A DNA stretch of 64,000 nt from Octopus vulgaris (lineage: Eukaryota), in assembly GCA_951406725.2 (NCBI GenBank), contig OX597827.1:45322001-45386000 (forward strand). Direction: 5' to 3'. The position numbers and the translations under genes were made by a program. The notes beneath the pieces were generated by a model that saw only the letters and a list, made by a program, of their open reading frames with translations, did not search any database and had not been told where the DNA came from. This document shows positions 26,395 to 40,829 of this stretch, piece by piece. Within the stretch, counting starts at the first letter, position 1; each line of letters begins with the position of its first letter.

Positions 26395-27028
26395 CTCTTC
26401 TATTTTTTAAATTATAATAAATCTTCCACTGAGGAGTTTCCAACAAAGATACAAGGCTCCATCTTTGGGATGTAGTTAACACAGACAAATTCACATTTGG
26501 AACTTGAGAATAGTCTTATATATTTTTACTGTTCCACTCACAGATTGGACTTGAAATGTACGAATTAGCCGGTCGATTTCTCTTTCTGAAAATCCCAGTT
26601 TATCCAGATTTTCCTTTAAGCATTTATTAACAAAACCTAATGAGTCAATTATTACTGGTATGAATATGAATTCATAGTCTGAATATAAAAGCTGGAGGTT
26701 TCGAAACAGTTGTCCATAGTTATCCTCTTTCTCTTTGATTCTCAAAGAGGTATATCTACAGAGCAGATGACCTCTGTGATGGTAAATACATTTGCCCCTC
26801 TGTTCCAAACAACAATATCCGTCTTGTTATGTTTACATTTGACGGACGTTTTGATGGGAATATTACTTGAGTTGGTATTTATGAATGTATGCCATAACAG
26901 AGGGATTTTCTAAGTTTATTTCAGGACAGTCTTTTTTGCGGATGACATTGTAAATTGTTTTTGTAACAACATCGTGCCGCATAGGGAAGTAGTACCGCGA
27001 CGACATTTTAGGACAGCTGTTACTCACA
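26395..27028 (-). mobile_element. 5'-truncated RLE-encoding non-LTR retrotransposon with 3' UTR and (CATA)n tail
   Basis: Motifs SSCPKMSSRYYFPMRHDVV, KHNKTDIVVWNR (PD-like), KEKEDNYGQLFRNLQLLY..YEFIFIPVIIDSLG; stop at 26491; runs into (TATG)n. Confidence 0.85.
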
Positions 27029-27045
27029 TGCCGAACCGCTAATAT

Positions 27046-27156
27046 TTTGCCGAACCGCTAAGTTACGGGGACGTAAACACATCAACAATGCTTGTCAAGC
27101 GATGCTGGGGTGGACAAACACACACAGACACACACACACACACAGACACACACACA

Positions 27157-27223
<67 letters not shown>

Positions 27224-27382
27224 GACGGGCTTCTTCCAGTTTCCGTCTACCAAATCCACTCACAAGGCTTTGGTCGGCCCGAGGCTATAGTAGAAGACAC
27301 TTACCCAAGGTGCCATGCAGTGGGACTGAACGCGGGACCATGTGGTTGGTAAGCAAACTACTTACCACACAGTCACTCCTGC
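27046..27382 (-). mobile_element. SINE family A lacking its tail, fused to the LINE remnant
   Basis: Family A body and head; a 14-nt duplication (tgccgaaccgctaa) lies at the junction. Confidence 0.88.
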
Positions 27383-27760
27383 TTTTAAATGAAAAATTAA
27401 AGATGTTTCGTGTGGCCATAAAATTTGTGCTGCGTCTCCAGAGATATAAGTAAAAGGAAAAAAAGAGGTGCAGCAATCCAGTAAGTTACGTATCGTTTGG
27501 TTGTTTGGATACTGCTGAAAACTTCCTCGGAAATCAGGGTGGCGAGACATAACTGTCGGCTACGATGTCGAAGGATAAAGACAGTTGTCGCAACCTGTTG
27601 GGCCATCCTTGCTAGATTGATTAAAATACATGTCTGAGTCGCTCAAAGGTGGCGATTCTGCTGACTGCCTCCACTGATTGGAAAGCTGTTATTCATCGGG
27701 TGTTTGACGCACGTGATCAGGGGATCACTGATGAGAGTTATTTAGGTGTATTTTGATGGG

Positions 27761-27803
<43 letters not shown>

Positions 27804-29008
27804 GAGAAAGAGAGAGAGAGAGAGGGAGGGGAAAAGAAACAGCGTAAAGTGAAGTAGACTACAGTTTATTAGCACAGTGCTCGAATGGTTTAAATCGTTA
27901 AAAAACTGTACGAGGCATATCTACTAAATACTAGATTAAGTTTTTAAATGCATCAAATCACATTAGTTTCTAGAAATAAATCTTTAAAGAAATAACGGTA
28001 TCTGATTACTTCGCTCCCTCCAACCTCTATCTGATACAGTCGTATGCTTCCTCTCTTTACAGTTACGCTGAATGTTCCAGCACAACGTATCACACAAAAA
28101 TACTGATTCCACCAGAATATCTTCAAGCAAGCCAGCCTCCCCTCTCCATACCAGCGATGTTATCCAAAGGAAAAACAAAGATCAAAAAATCTGGACGCTC
28201 CACCATCACAATGAATCGTTCATTACCCTTGATGCTTTGTTGGGGAAAAAAGAGGTGGAGAAGACTTCTGCTCGAGCGAATCTACTGCTAAAATTTGATC
28301 TGTGCGGACGTTCTCTTGTTTTCTCTTTTATTTTATTAGCAAAGTTGAAATCCACTCTAAAAGTGCGCCAGTTTCAGATGATAGAAAAGATGGAAGAAAA
28401 ATTGGTTCGGGAACTATGTGCTACTCTTGTGAACGCATTCCAGGTGGTATCCTTAAATGTGGGGAAGACGTTTGTAGCTTTGAGTTATATCAATATTAAG
28501 CAGGAAAGTATTTTGAAAGAGAGAGAGAAAGTTTGCTGAATTATGAGGAGAGAAATAGTTTCTTGTTTCTTTCTTTTTTTGCTTTAAATCCTTTCTTTTC
28601 TCTTTGGACAGACATCGTATGAAGTATAATCGTAGAAAATCTTCAAAATCTTGGCTACACAAATTTATTTATGTGTGTGCATAGAAACACACATGTTCAA
28701 CTTGGATATAAAGATATATTTATAGTCACACATATTCGAAAAGAAACTTTTGGCTACATACAAGTGAGCGCACAAAAACCATACACACACACCATACACA
28801 TACACACACCATATACGCACACGCCACACACACACACACATGTTCATCTTGCACGTATAAACACATACATATTTGATTAGAAAGAAGTAAATTATTTCAT
28901 ATGAATGTGAAAAACAATTTCATTGTACAGAGAGCAAGAAAAAAAAACAAAAACAAAAGAAATACGAAAATATGAGAATAACAGAAAGACATTATTATTA
29001 TTATTACT

Positions 29009-29043
<35 letters not shown>

Positions 29044-29317
29044 TAAAAACCGGAAACAAACTCAATAGAAGAGATTAAAAAAGTATTAAAAAGATAACTA
29101 AAAAATTTTTCAAAGAGAGAAATGTGTATCTCCTATAATATTGCACTCATAAGCAGAGATATTTCCAAACACAAATACACACGCACACATATATATATAT
29201 AGATATATACATTTGGAATATATATGATTTCATAAATACATATGTTACATATATGTATATATGTATATGTTTATATATATATATATAAGTATATATATAT
29301 ACAGATATATTTGTATA

Positions 29318-29357
<40 letters not shown>

Positions 29358-29658
29358 TAAGAAAGTTGGTTTGTGAAATATATATGTGTGTGTATATATA
29401 AACGAAGACAGATATTTACTTATTTATGGCCATACTAGGAAACGCAAGGGATTTGAGCTTCATTCGATATTAGTTTCAGATGAATGATTTAATTTATTCA
29501 TGCTCTGCCCCCAGTATTGCGTACATCTCTGTTGGTCGTCATTGCTAACTTGAATATACATATACATGTATTTATATATTTATATATATGTATGTGCATT
29601 TGTATGTATATGTGTGTATATGTGTGTTAGTATGAGTTATGAGTGTGCGTGTGTATAG

Positions 29659-29708
<50 letters not shown>

Positions 29709-30032
29709 TATGAATATTCCTAAGTATATTTATATAAACGCGCACACATATATAGATGCATACGTATGTACATAAATATACATACCTATATGTATATATA
29801 CATGAATTGCGTTTAATTTTCATATTACAAAGTTTAAGGTTACACTTGTATCAAACACATAGCCTTACATGGTTTCATGATCACACACACACGTGTGTGT
29901 GTGTGTGTATGCATGTATGTGCGTGTTTGCATGTCCCTCTCTTTCTTTCTCTCTCTCTCTCCATATATATAAATACAAACACACAGACATTTCTATGTAC
30001 ATGTATATCAATCTCTCTCTCTCTCTCTCTCT

Positions 30033-30089
<57 letters not shown>

Positions 30090-30211
30090 TAGATAGCCCT
30101 TCATCTCAGGTTAATAAGTAGACTATAAATAATTTAATTCAGTCAGCTGAAGCCAAAATTGAAATAAACTCTCATGTGCCGATATATATATATATGTATA
30201 CATACATACAC

Positions 30212-30274
<63 letters not shown>

Positions 30275-30288
30275 TATATATGTACATA

Positions 30289-30328
<40 letters not shown>

Positions 30329-30375
30329 CAAATATATACATATATATATACAAATATATACATATATATATATAT

Positions 30376-30420
<45 letters not shown>

Positions 30421-30445
30421 TATAAATATATACATATACAAATAC

Positions 30446-30513
<68 letters not shown>

Positions 30514-30754
30514 TATATATTATATATATATATACATATATTTACATATACGTTTGCGCATATATTCATACATTGGTATGTAGACATGACTACGTAAAAC
30601 TGTGTGTATTGTCACATGCAGATATTTGTGCATACACTAACACGCGTATTCACACAGACATCATTATATATGAAATGAAAACAGTAGAAATTCTACCAAC
30701 ATTAACAAACAGAAAAGCGTAACTGCCAACCAAAAATGTGTATGACAAGGAATG

Positions 30755-30804
<50 letters not shown>

Positions 30805-31059
30805 ACACATATATGTGTGTATGTGTGCGTATGTGTGTGCGCGTATATAGAATCTTCGGTATGGTATTCTTTCGTTTTACTTTACATTACTTAGCCATTG
30901 TCTTTTTGCTCCTTGTCTTTTGTACACCATTTCTATAGCTGACTTATGTATGCCATATTCTTTCATATTTCTTATAAACACGATTTTACTTCTCTGTAAT
31001 CTTTTATCTGTTATTTTCTGCTACTTTTTATATATGACTTCGTTTATCTTGGCCTAGTC

Positions 31060-31113
<54 letters not shown>

Positions 31114-31116
<3 letters not shown>

Positions 31117-31245
31117 CGCAGGAGTGGCTGTGTAGTGAGTAGCTTGCTTAGTATGGCATATTGGGCACGTGTCTTCTATTATAGTTTAGGGCCAACCAAA
31201 TCTTTGTGAGTGGATTTGGAAGACGGAAACTGAAAGAAGCCCGTC

Positions 31246-31247
<2 letters not shown>
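31114..31247 (+). mobile_element. SINE family A 5' part with an internal deletion
   Basis: ggcgcaggagtggctgtg...gaaactgaaagaagcccgtcgt. Confidence 0.85.
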
Positions 31248-31301
<54 letters not shown>

Positions 31302-31468
31302 GTATATATATATACACATATATATGTGTGTGTGTATGTGTGTGTGTGTGTGTGTGTATTTATATCTATATCTATCTATATATATATACATACACGACGG
31401 GCTTCTTTCAGTTTGCCTTGGTTCGATGGGTTTTAGGCACAATACGTTTCAATATTCTGCGGTCCCTC

Positions 31469-31840
31469 TCGTTAGCACGCCGGGCGAAATGCTTAGCGGT
31501 ATTTCATCTACATTTTGGGATTCCGCCGAGGTCGACTTTGCCTTTCATCCTTTCGGGGTCGATAAATTAAGTACCAGTTACGCATTGGGGTCGATGTTAT
31601 CGACTTAATACCTATGTCTGTCCTTGTTTGTCCCCTCTGTGTTTAGCCCCTTGTGGGTAATAAAGAAATAGAAATAGGTATTTCATCTACCGTTACGTTC
31701 TGAGTTCAAATTCTGCTGTGGTCGACATTACCTTTCATCCTCTCGGGATCGATTACGCGCTGGAGTCGACGTAATCGACTTAATCATTTTTGTCTGTCCT
31801 TGTTTGTCCCCTCTTTGTTTAGCCCCATGTGGGCAATAAA
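31469..31840 (+). mobile_element. SINE family C, tandem dimer
   Basis: Two head-to-tail units containing gtcgac(t/a)tt(g/a)cctttcatcct..cggg.tcgat and ending tttagcccc.tgtggg.aataaa. Confidence 0.85.
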
Positions 31841-32031
31841 TTATTATACCTGCTACAGCTGGGGTGGAAGTCCATCTTATATATATATGTGTATGTGTGT
31901 GTGCCTTCGTGTTTATGTGTTACTCCTTTTGTTATTGTGGAGTGAATATTTGAAGTGGTAGGACGTATTCGGCATGTTCTTTCAGCATATTGGCATTAAT
32001 AGCTTTTGTGCCCTAAAGAATAATATGTATA

Positions 32032-32093
<62 letters not shown>

Positions 32094-32122
32094 CATATAA
32101 ATGTGTATATACATATATCTTA

Positions 32123-32270
<148 letters not shown>

Positions 32271-32809
32271 GTCTGTCTGTCTATCCATATCAATATGTAC
32301 GTATGGAAATTAATCAAATGTCTCTATATTCGCAACGACCTCCAGATATTATTATAATGGCTTGCAAGAAACAATGTTGTTCAGATATAAAAGAATCCTT
32401 AGAGCTTGTCCGTTCTCTCAAGTTATTGTTGCAGTCCCCCAACCCCATAACAGCGCAGTGTTCGAGACGTGAAGAGTGATGAACAATAGGCGTTATGTAT
32501 ATTAACTTCCCTGGAAGGCTTATTACATGCATATGCTTTCGTCAAGTTGATACTTCTCCAACTTATCAAAACGAACCGGACAGGATTGCATTCAACAAGT
32601 TGTTCTGCATTGTGAGGTATATAAATGACATCTTGCGTATAGAGGATTTGAATATGTAAAGTAAAAATAAATGAATGGATCCTCCGTCGATTTCGACGAT
32701 CTGTATTCCTGTTTTTTTCGATCAACAGTTCAACTTATTCGCTGAGTAATTGAATAGATTACCGAGTATTGCAGAAGAACTTATATCTTCAATCTTTTAT
32801 GGTTTACAG

Positions 32810-33160
32810 ATTTCGGTCTTTGGAATATGGCCATTCTAGGACACCGCCTTAAAGTGCTTACAGGAAGAAATTGACTCCAGTACTTATTTGTTAAGCCTGG
32901 TACTTATCCTGTCGGTTCATTCGCCGAGTCGCTAAGTTACGGGGACGCAAACAAACCACCACCGGTTGTCAAGCAGTGGGGAGGGAAAACAATCACAAGC
33001 AGAAAGATAGTATACTCACACTCGCGCGCGCGCGCAGGACCAGCCTCCACAAAATCTCCGGTCGACCTGGAGCTAGAGTAGAAGGCACTCAATCATGGTA
33101 CTCCGCAGTGTGACTGAACCCGAAACCCCGTGGTTGCAAAGCGACCTTCTTACCACATAA
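32810..33160 (-). mobile_element. Older, diverged SINE family A relative
   Basis: Colinear motifs agtacttat, gctaagttacggggacg, cggttgtcaagc, gactgaacccga. Confidence 0.75.
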
Positions 33161-33540
33161 CGATATAATCTTCAGGAAAATTCTGTATGGCTAAACTAGG
33201 CCTTAATTAATTTTTTGCAACCGTTCATTTGGCAGGTTTACTTTACTCCCAAATTCTCTCAAACCGTCATTACTTGTTGTTGTGAATTAGGGGTCACTCA
33301 ATTAAGGTGTCATTCGTTGCGGATTAACTAACTCGGAATTTTATGACTGCAAAACAAACTTCTAAATCAATTAGACCACAGCTCCCCAAACATCAAGACG
33401 CATCATTTGACCGTGCATCATTTGGTACCGGGTCGCACAGAACGAATAAACTCTTAATAATTATTTCTATTTTATTGACTATTGCAATCTGCAGATTTTG
33501 CATCATATGTATGAGGTATATATATAATATAATATAAATA

Positions 33541-33624
<84 letters not shown>

Positions 33625-33674
33625 GCATATATGCTTATATATATGTATATGCACACACACACACACATGCATAT

Positions 33675-33889
33675 ATGGGTACAGGACGTCACAAACCGTA
33701 AAGAACATGAAATGCGAAAACAAAAGAGTTGAATACATAAACAACGAGAGAAACAAATGGAAAACAGGACAAGTAATGAGGAGTAGATGGACAGCCGACA
33801 ACTGATAAAGGGTCGTTCTTTATGTTACTTGTCCTGTTTTCCATTTGTTTCTCTCGTTGTTTATGTATCCATTTCCAAGTAATTTTATC

Positions 33890-33890
<1 letters not shown>
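33675..33890. repeat. TA-embedded short element with a 44-bp perfect inverted repeat
   Basis: Arms 33733-33776 and 33825-33868 with a 48-nt spacer; related to 62525-62685. Confidence 0.85.
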
Positions 33891-33925
<35 letters not shown>

Positions 33926-34037
33926 CCTGCTCGCTTAGCTAGCGGGGTGGCGCCATTGGAAGGCTAAAATAATGCGAACGCATTGTGACCAGCGATGTGT
34001 AGCAACATCTGATGGTCTGGTCGGTCACGTGATCACG

Positions 34038-34068
<31 letters not shown>

Positions 34069-34069
34069 G

Positions 34070-34340
34070 CTGGCACTCAGTCGGTTGCGACGACGTGAGT
34101 TCCAGTTGATCAGATCAACGGAACAGTCTTCTCGTTAAATTAAAGTGTATGTGGCTGAGCATTCCACTGACACGCGTGTCCTTAACATAGAGTGTGACAA
34201 GACTGACCTTTTGAAATACAGGTACTACTCATCTTTGTCCACCGAGTGGACTGCAGCAAAGTGAAATAAAGTATCTCCTTCAAAGACACAACGGGTCGCC
34301 GAGAATTCGTGAGCCGAATACCCTAACCACTAAGCCACGC
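34070..34340 (-). mobile_element. SINE family B
   Basis: Reverse complement of the family B body and head (ccctaaccactaagcca). Confidence 0.8.
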
Positions 34341-34370
34341 TTAGTATGTATGTACTAAATACGTATAATA

Positions 34371-34577
34371 TTAGGTTGGGCATAACTATTGCTGCTTTTT
34401 TTTCAAAAAAATTTATTTAACAAAAGCAATACCAACATTTAGCAAAAACATCTTTAAATGATTATTCCGGAGCATATTCACTATCTACTTCAATTTCTGC
34501 TTGGTGTTTTGTTCAATTTTTTTGTTGAATAAAATTTATTGAAAAAAAAAAGCCGCAATAATTATGTACCAACTTAA
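34371..34577 (-). mobile_element. Mariner-derived MITE
   Basis: ~55-bp imperfect TIRs (ttaggttgggcataactattgc / gcaataattatgtaccaacttaa), TA flanks; interior encodes IEVDSEYAPE*, like a mariner C-terminus. Confidence 0.8.
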
Positions 34578-35017
34578 TATATGTAATAATTAAATTATAT
34601 ATTGTACATTTTATTGCGTTTTGTCATGCGTATGTATGACTCCTCGGCCCGTGGGAAGATTTTCTTGAATTAAACCGGTCTGCGATGAACAAAAAAGTTG
34701 AGGTCCACTGAAGTAAACTATGTCTACATCTTAATAAAATATGTGCGCAACGAGCTATATGTTTTATTCCAATCAGGTTATGGAATTCAATAAAGATATT
34801 AACTTGTGTATGAAGATAAATGAGAAGTGTGTCAAGACCAACCTTAAAAATTCTAGAAGAACATCAGTGTCAAAACGAATAACGATCGATAAATAGAAAG
34901 AGACAGACTAGGAATAATAGTTATATAAATTTAGAATTGATGGTTTTAGGCAATGAACAGCGTTCTCAGTTGAAGGAATTATAGTAATATAAACATGGAA
35001 TTCGAATTAGATTTACA

Positions 35018-35220
35018 TTTTCTTTTACTCTATTACTGGATTCAGTCATTTGATTGCGGCCGTGGTGGAGCACCGCCTTTAGTCGAACGAATCGACCTCA
35101 TGACTTATTCTTTGTAAGCTTATACTATCGGTCTCTTTTGCCGAACCGCTAAGTTACGGGGACGTAAACATACCACCATCAGATGTCAAGCGATGGTAGG
35201 GGGACAAGTACAGACACACA

Positions 35221-35271
<51 letters not shown>

Positions 35272-35354
35272 GACGGGCTTCTTTCAGTTTCCGTCTACCA
35301 AATCCACTCACAAGGCTTTGGTCGGTCCGTGGCAATAGTAGAAGATACTTGTCC
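35018..35354 (-). mobile_element. SINE family A, head truncated
   Basis: Family A body. Confidence 0.88.
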
Positions 35355-35442
35355 AATACACTCAGATAGAGAAATTAAGGCAAATAGGCACAAGGAGCTG
35401 CGCTTGGTAGTGCAGTGAAAGCACGTGATAAAAATAAGACTA

Positions 35443-35501
<59 letters not shown>

Positions 35502-35502
<1 letters not shown>

Positions 35503-36410
35503 CATCCCCATTAGAAGAGGAATATTCCAGGGAGACACACTCTCCACTCCTTTTCTGCTTGGTACTGACACCTTTATCTGACATGCTAAACAGAAGTGGA
35601 TGTGGCAAAACAGTCAGCCACGTCTTATATATGGATGATCTAAAACTGTACACTACAAATGATAAACAGCTACAAACATTATTACAGACAGTAAATGGAT
35701 CTACTAAAGAAATAAATATGAAATTTGGCTTAGAAAAATGTGTGAAAGCAACTTTGAAAAGAGGAAAACTAGTTAAGAGTAGTTACATCACACTAGACAG
35801 AGCAAAGGAAAAAAGAGAATTAGACCGAAGCCAGACATACAAATATTTAGGAATCAATGAACTAGATACGATACAACATACACAGATGAAAGAGAAAATA
35901 TTATAGATGAGTTAGATTAATACCGAAAACAGAGCTCAATGCAAAAAAAAACAAGATAATAGGTATCGACACTCTAGCCGTCCCAGTTATAAGTTAGAGC
36001 TACAATATTCTTAACTGGACTCTAAATGAACTAATCAAAAATAGACAGGAAAACAAGAAAGATAATGACAGGATTTAGGATGCACCACCCAAAATCTGAC
36101 ATAGAAAGGTTATATATACAACATATGGGAGGTGGTAGAGACCTTATACAGCTAGAAAACTATTACAAAATAACCACCTTAGGACTACAGAGATATCTAC
36201 TTCAAAAGCAAGGAAAACTAATACAAATAGCCACAAAACACGAACAAAACAAAAAACAGTTGTCAGTCTTTAAGGAAGCTGACAAATACAAAAAAGAAGT
36301 CATAGTACCTAACAACTATGAAGGAAAAGAATAAACAACAAAAGCTGTACAACAACTGAAATCCAAACTAAAAAGGGAACAGCAGCAGATCATGATAAAA
36401 TGATGGCAGC
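35502..36410 (+). mobile_element. Degraded reverse transcriptase fragment of an R4/Dong-like LINE
   Basis: RRGIFQGDTLSPLLFCL, SHVLYMDDLKLY, FGLEKC, YKYLGI, MHHPKSDIERLY...GGR; frameshifts and stops; preceded by (TAA)n. Confidence 0.92.
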
Positions 36411-36757
36411 ACAGATTAGAGCTTCCGTTTCCGGTTTTAGTCACCCATAGCCATCTTTTTTCTCTGTTTTACTTTCAACATCCTTATCGAATCGTCCATG
36501 CATTCTTTTCTTTCTCCACCTATTTTCAGCTTTATTCATTCTCAAGTGCTCGTACAATGCTTTATCTTTGCAATATTCCATCCTACACATGCATGAGCTT
36601 CTTACTTTCAATAATAGTGGTTCTGCAGCATTTTTTACATACCATGTTATGTTATTTTTTTCTGCTCTAATGCTGTGTTCGCATCCAAACATTCCTTTTC
36701 ACCTCTTTTTCTTGGTACATACAGTCTGTCTGTGTCACGTTTTTGGTGGAGTGTCAT
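36405..36757 (-). mobile_element. Second RLE-type LINE fragment (post-RT region)
   Basis: YVKNAAEPLL...WRKKRMHGRF..DV...LKPETEALICAA; same region type as 18013-18270. Confidence 0.75.
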
Positions 36758-36794
36758 TCTTCTTCTTCTTCTTCTTCTTCTTCTTCTTCTTCTT

Positions 36795-36893
<99 letters not shown>

Positions 36894-37070
36894 TCTAATT
36901 TGGGTACAAGGCTAGCAATTTTAATGGGCAGGGGTTACCCAATAGCATCGACTCCCGAAAAGTTGAAATGCGAACTTGACCTTTCGGCCTTCAATCAGCT
37001 GAGCAGTGGAATCAGTGGAACGTGGATTTTAGAGAAGACGTAACAGTTAGGATATTCAGCGAGCCGACCA

Positions 37071-37565
<495 letters not shown>

Positions 37566-37583
37566 ATCTCTCTCTCTCTTTCT

Positions 37584-37638
<55 letters not shown>

Positions 37639-38533
37639 CGTAAAGCTCCTCACACTATAATTCCGTTTTCAGCCGTTGTTTTGTAGAATTATTTCGACGA
37701 GTGGGATGGATTCGGCTACTACCTGATGAACTCGGCTGACTTTCTCTTCTTTGCAAAAGAGACCTGCACTGCAGCCTTTAATAAAGGAGGGGCAATGAGA
37801 GTTTATCTATTCGGTTGCTATGAGTAAAACACTTTATCAATTATAATAATGCGTTCTTACTTAAGCACAAGGTTCAAACAGTGTTTGTTTCCAGAATTTT
37901 CTTTGGAGGCGTATCTGTTGCCATCATAATTGCAGCTAGCACATCTTCCCGCTTTCCGAAAAAGAATTTAAAATGAATTACTAGAGAACAATGATTACAA
38001 AACTACAAAACTACAAAAGAATAAAACTGTCCAAGAACGAACCTTTATTTTTTTCAGCCGTAGTTTAATGGAGCGGACTTTCGAATATTCGAAAGCCATC
38101 TGTCGACAAAAATAATCCAAAATAACAATATTTGTTTCCATTTGATAAAAACGTGGTAAATTCCAATACTTCTCTAGAGCTCTCTTAAAGACTTCTTTCA
38201 TTGCAAATAGCAGCAGCAACAATAACAACAACAACAACAGCATCAGTAACAATAAGAAAAGAAGAATAACAACGGTGATAATAATTCCTACGTCTTATAG
38301 TTATAACAACAACAAAGACACCAATAATTGTAATTATAAATCTTTTTAGACGTGTAGGACTTGAATAATGATTGAAACGCGAAAATAAAAAAAAAACAGA
38401 AAGAAAAGGACGAAATCAATAAAACGGAATGGGTTACAAAGACGACAAAATATATATAATATACATCTGTAGATGTGAATGTATGTATTTGTATGTATGT
38501 ATTTATAAATATATATATATATTTATTTGTATC

Positions 38534-38590
<57 letters not shown>

Positions 38591-38811
38591 CAACAAAATT
38601 TTATACTCACACACACATATATATATGTATATGTGCGTGAGTATAAAATTTTTCTGCGATAATATATAATACAATAGAGTCATTATATTATGAACTGTAA
38701 TATAATATAATGCATAAATGTAATGTATAAAAGATATATAAATGCCAATTATAATAGTGATATAAAACGTATAACAGGGCTATTAATAATCTTAACTATT
38801 TTATAATAAAA

Positions 38812-39200
38812 CTAGCAGTATCGCCCGGCGTTGCTCGGGTTTGTTTCAACCCTTTAGAATGGGAATTTTTGAAAAGTAAAAATTTTGCATTACGTGGCTT
38901 GTTATTTTCTTTAAGTGAACATTATTCTGGTTCAAATACACCGAAAAATGGCGACACAGCAGTAAAAAATCGTAAAAAATATGGATTTTCATAGAAAAAA
39001 AGCATCTTTTTGATGTAAATAATTTTTGGTCTTAACATGGTCCGATTTGAATTTTATTTTCTCCGAAATGAAGAGCAAGCCTTCTTCTATCATACTTTCA
39101 ATTTTAGTCAACTTGCGCCGCAGGGTCTCGGAGGAGATAGTGTTAGTTGAAGGCTACCAAACCTGCCATACACAGACAACTTCAGCTTTATATATATAGA
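38812..39200 (-). mobile_element. Non-autonomous Helitron
   Basis: On the minus strand it begins TC, ends CTAG and sits between A and T; hairpin CCCGAGC-AAC-GCCGGG lies ~8 nt before CTAG. Confidence 0.85.
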
Positions 39201-39201
39201 T

Positions 39202-39732
39202 AAGAGCACTTCCCGTTCGATTTTTGAGGCGATTCGGTCTGCAAAATAATTCTCTCATTTTGAGCTATTTTTTGACACCATTTTCAACTGAGAACTCCTT
39301 AAAAAGGCACACTCAAAACAACTAGAATTTGCATTTTTCAAGCTAGAGAATTCAAACTTGCTCCAATCGATTCAGGAAATTTTTCTACGTAAATGCTCAA
39401 ATTATGTTTTTCGAAAAACTCAAAAATTGAACGTGTTTTCGCCCCATTTTCCCGTTGCATTCGCGCAAACACGCGCACAGTCACGCGTAGAATCCAACAT
39501 GTTGCGTGAACACAACTCGAGGCAATAGTGTATGACATCCACTCACTCGCAGAAAATGCACTGTTTCGGGCATTTGTTATCAAGATAGAGACTTGAAACC
39601 TACTCTGGCCGTAACTACACCACGCCTTCTATAGATGTGTAAATTTTCAGCTCGATCCTAGCACTTCTAGTGCCATTGAATCCTTACCAAAGCCAAAGTG
39701 TGCAAGTTGTTTTCCTCTTTTATATAGGTAGA
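39202..39732 (-). mobile_element. Second Helitron-like element (5' end intact)
   Basis: Minus-strand start A|TCTACCTATATAAAAG; its terminal ~92 bp is duplicated at 40279-40368; 3' CTAG end not seen. Confidence 0.55.
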
Positions 39733-39939
39733 TAGATAAGAGGAGAGATCACTCAGTGGATCCCTTATATGCTAAAAATAATATTAATTTCTACTCTTAT
39801 TATCTTTTATCATGCTTTGCTACCTTTTATACTATCAGGTTTGGTGAAATTATTCTTAAAATTATTAATTGCTTTTTTAACTACTTTTTTGATTTCTTTA
39901 TGTTCGATTGAATTAACAGCCAACTCTCGGGCTCGTATG

Positions 39940-39979
<40 letters not shown>

Positions 39980-40278
39980 AACACACACACACATACACAC
40001 ACATACACGCGCACATGCACACACTCACGCACGTACACACGTATGCATGCACACGCACATATTATTTCGCAACAGATAAGTAATCTTGATATTTATGTAC
40101 AGTTTTTACTTGTAAATGTAATCATTGAAACTACTGAGTTGTTCTTTCAACCTATCTATTTCTGAATGCTGAAATATTAAAAAAAAACATTATTTTTGCC
40201 ATAGCAGCCACATCTTTATAGCTTGCGAATTTTAACCATCGCGGGTCGCATTCTCACCACGCATTTAGTATCACTGCC

Positions 40279-40368
40279 AATTTTCAGCTCGATCCTAGCA
40301 CGTCTAGTGCCATTGAATCCTTACCAAAGTCAAAGTGTGCAAGTTTTTTCCTCTTTTATATAGGTAGA
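40279..40368 (-). mobile_element. Duplicate Helitron-like 5' terminus
   Basis: Near-identical to 39641-39732. Confidence 0.6.
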
Positions 40369-40395
40369 TATGTTAAATAAATATAATATATTATA

Positions 40396-40773
40396 TATTC
40401 TTCTATTCTCTTATTCTTTTATTTGTTTCAGTCATTTGACTGTGGCCATGCTGGAGCACTGCCTTAAGTCGAGCAAATCGATCCCAGGACTTTTTCTTTG
40501 TAAGCCTAGTACTTATTCTATCGGTCCCTTTTGCCGAACCGATTAGTTACGGGGTCGTAAACACACCAGCATCGGTTGTCAAGCGATGTTGGGGAGGACA
40601 CACACACACACGACGGCCTTCTTTCAGTTTCTGCCAACAAAATCCACTCACAAGGCTTTGGTCGTACCAAGGCTATAGAAGAAGACACTTGACCAAGTCA
40701 CCACGCAGTGGGACTGAACCCGGGACGATGTGGTTGGTAAGCAAGGTACTTACCACATAGCCACTCCTGCGCC
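40396..40773 (-). mobile_element. SINE family A, full length
   Basis: Tail through head present; short internal (CA)n. Confidence 0.9.
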
Positions 40774-40829
40774 TCATAAAAAATAAAACATGTACTGCAA
40801 ATATATAAAATATTCGTAAAAATATGCAC

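Noticed and set aside
32314-32725. Non-repetitive minus-strand ORFs as gene or retroelement fragments
   Set aside because: No motif could be recognised with confidence.
37723-37729. Isolated CTGANGA matches (also at 2187, 3335, 26429, 27729, 53985)
   Set aside because: No downstream GAAA-stem III-UH arrangement.
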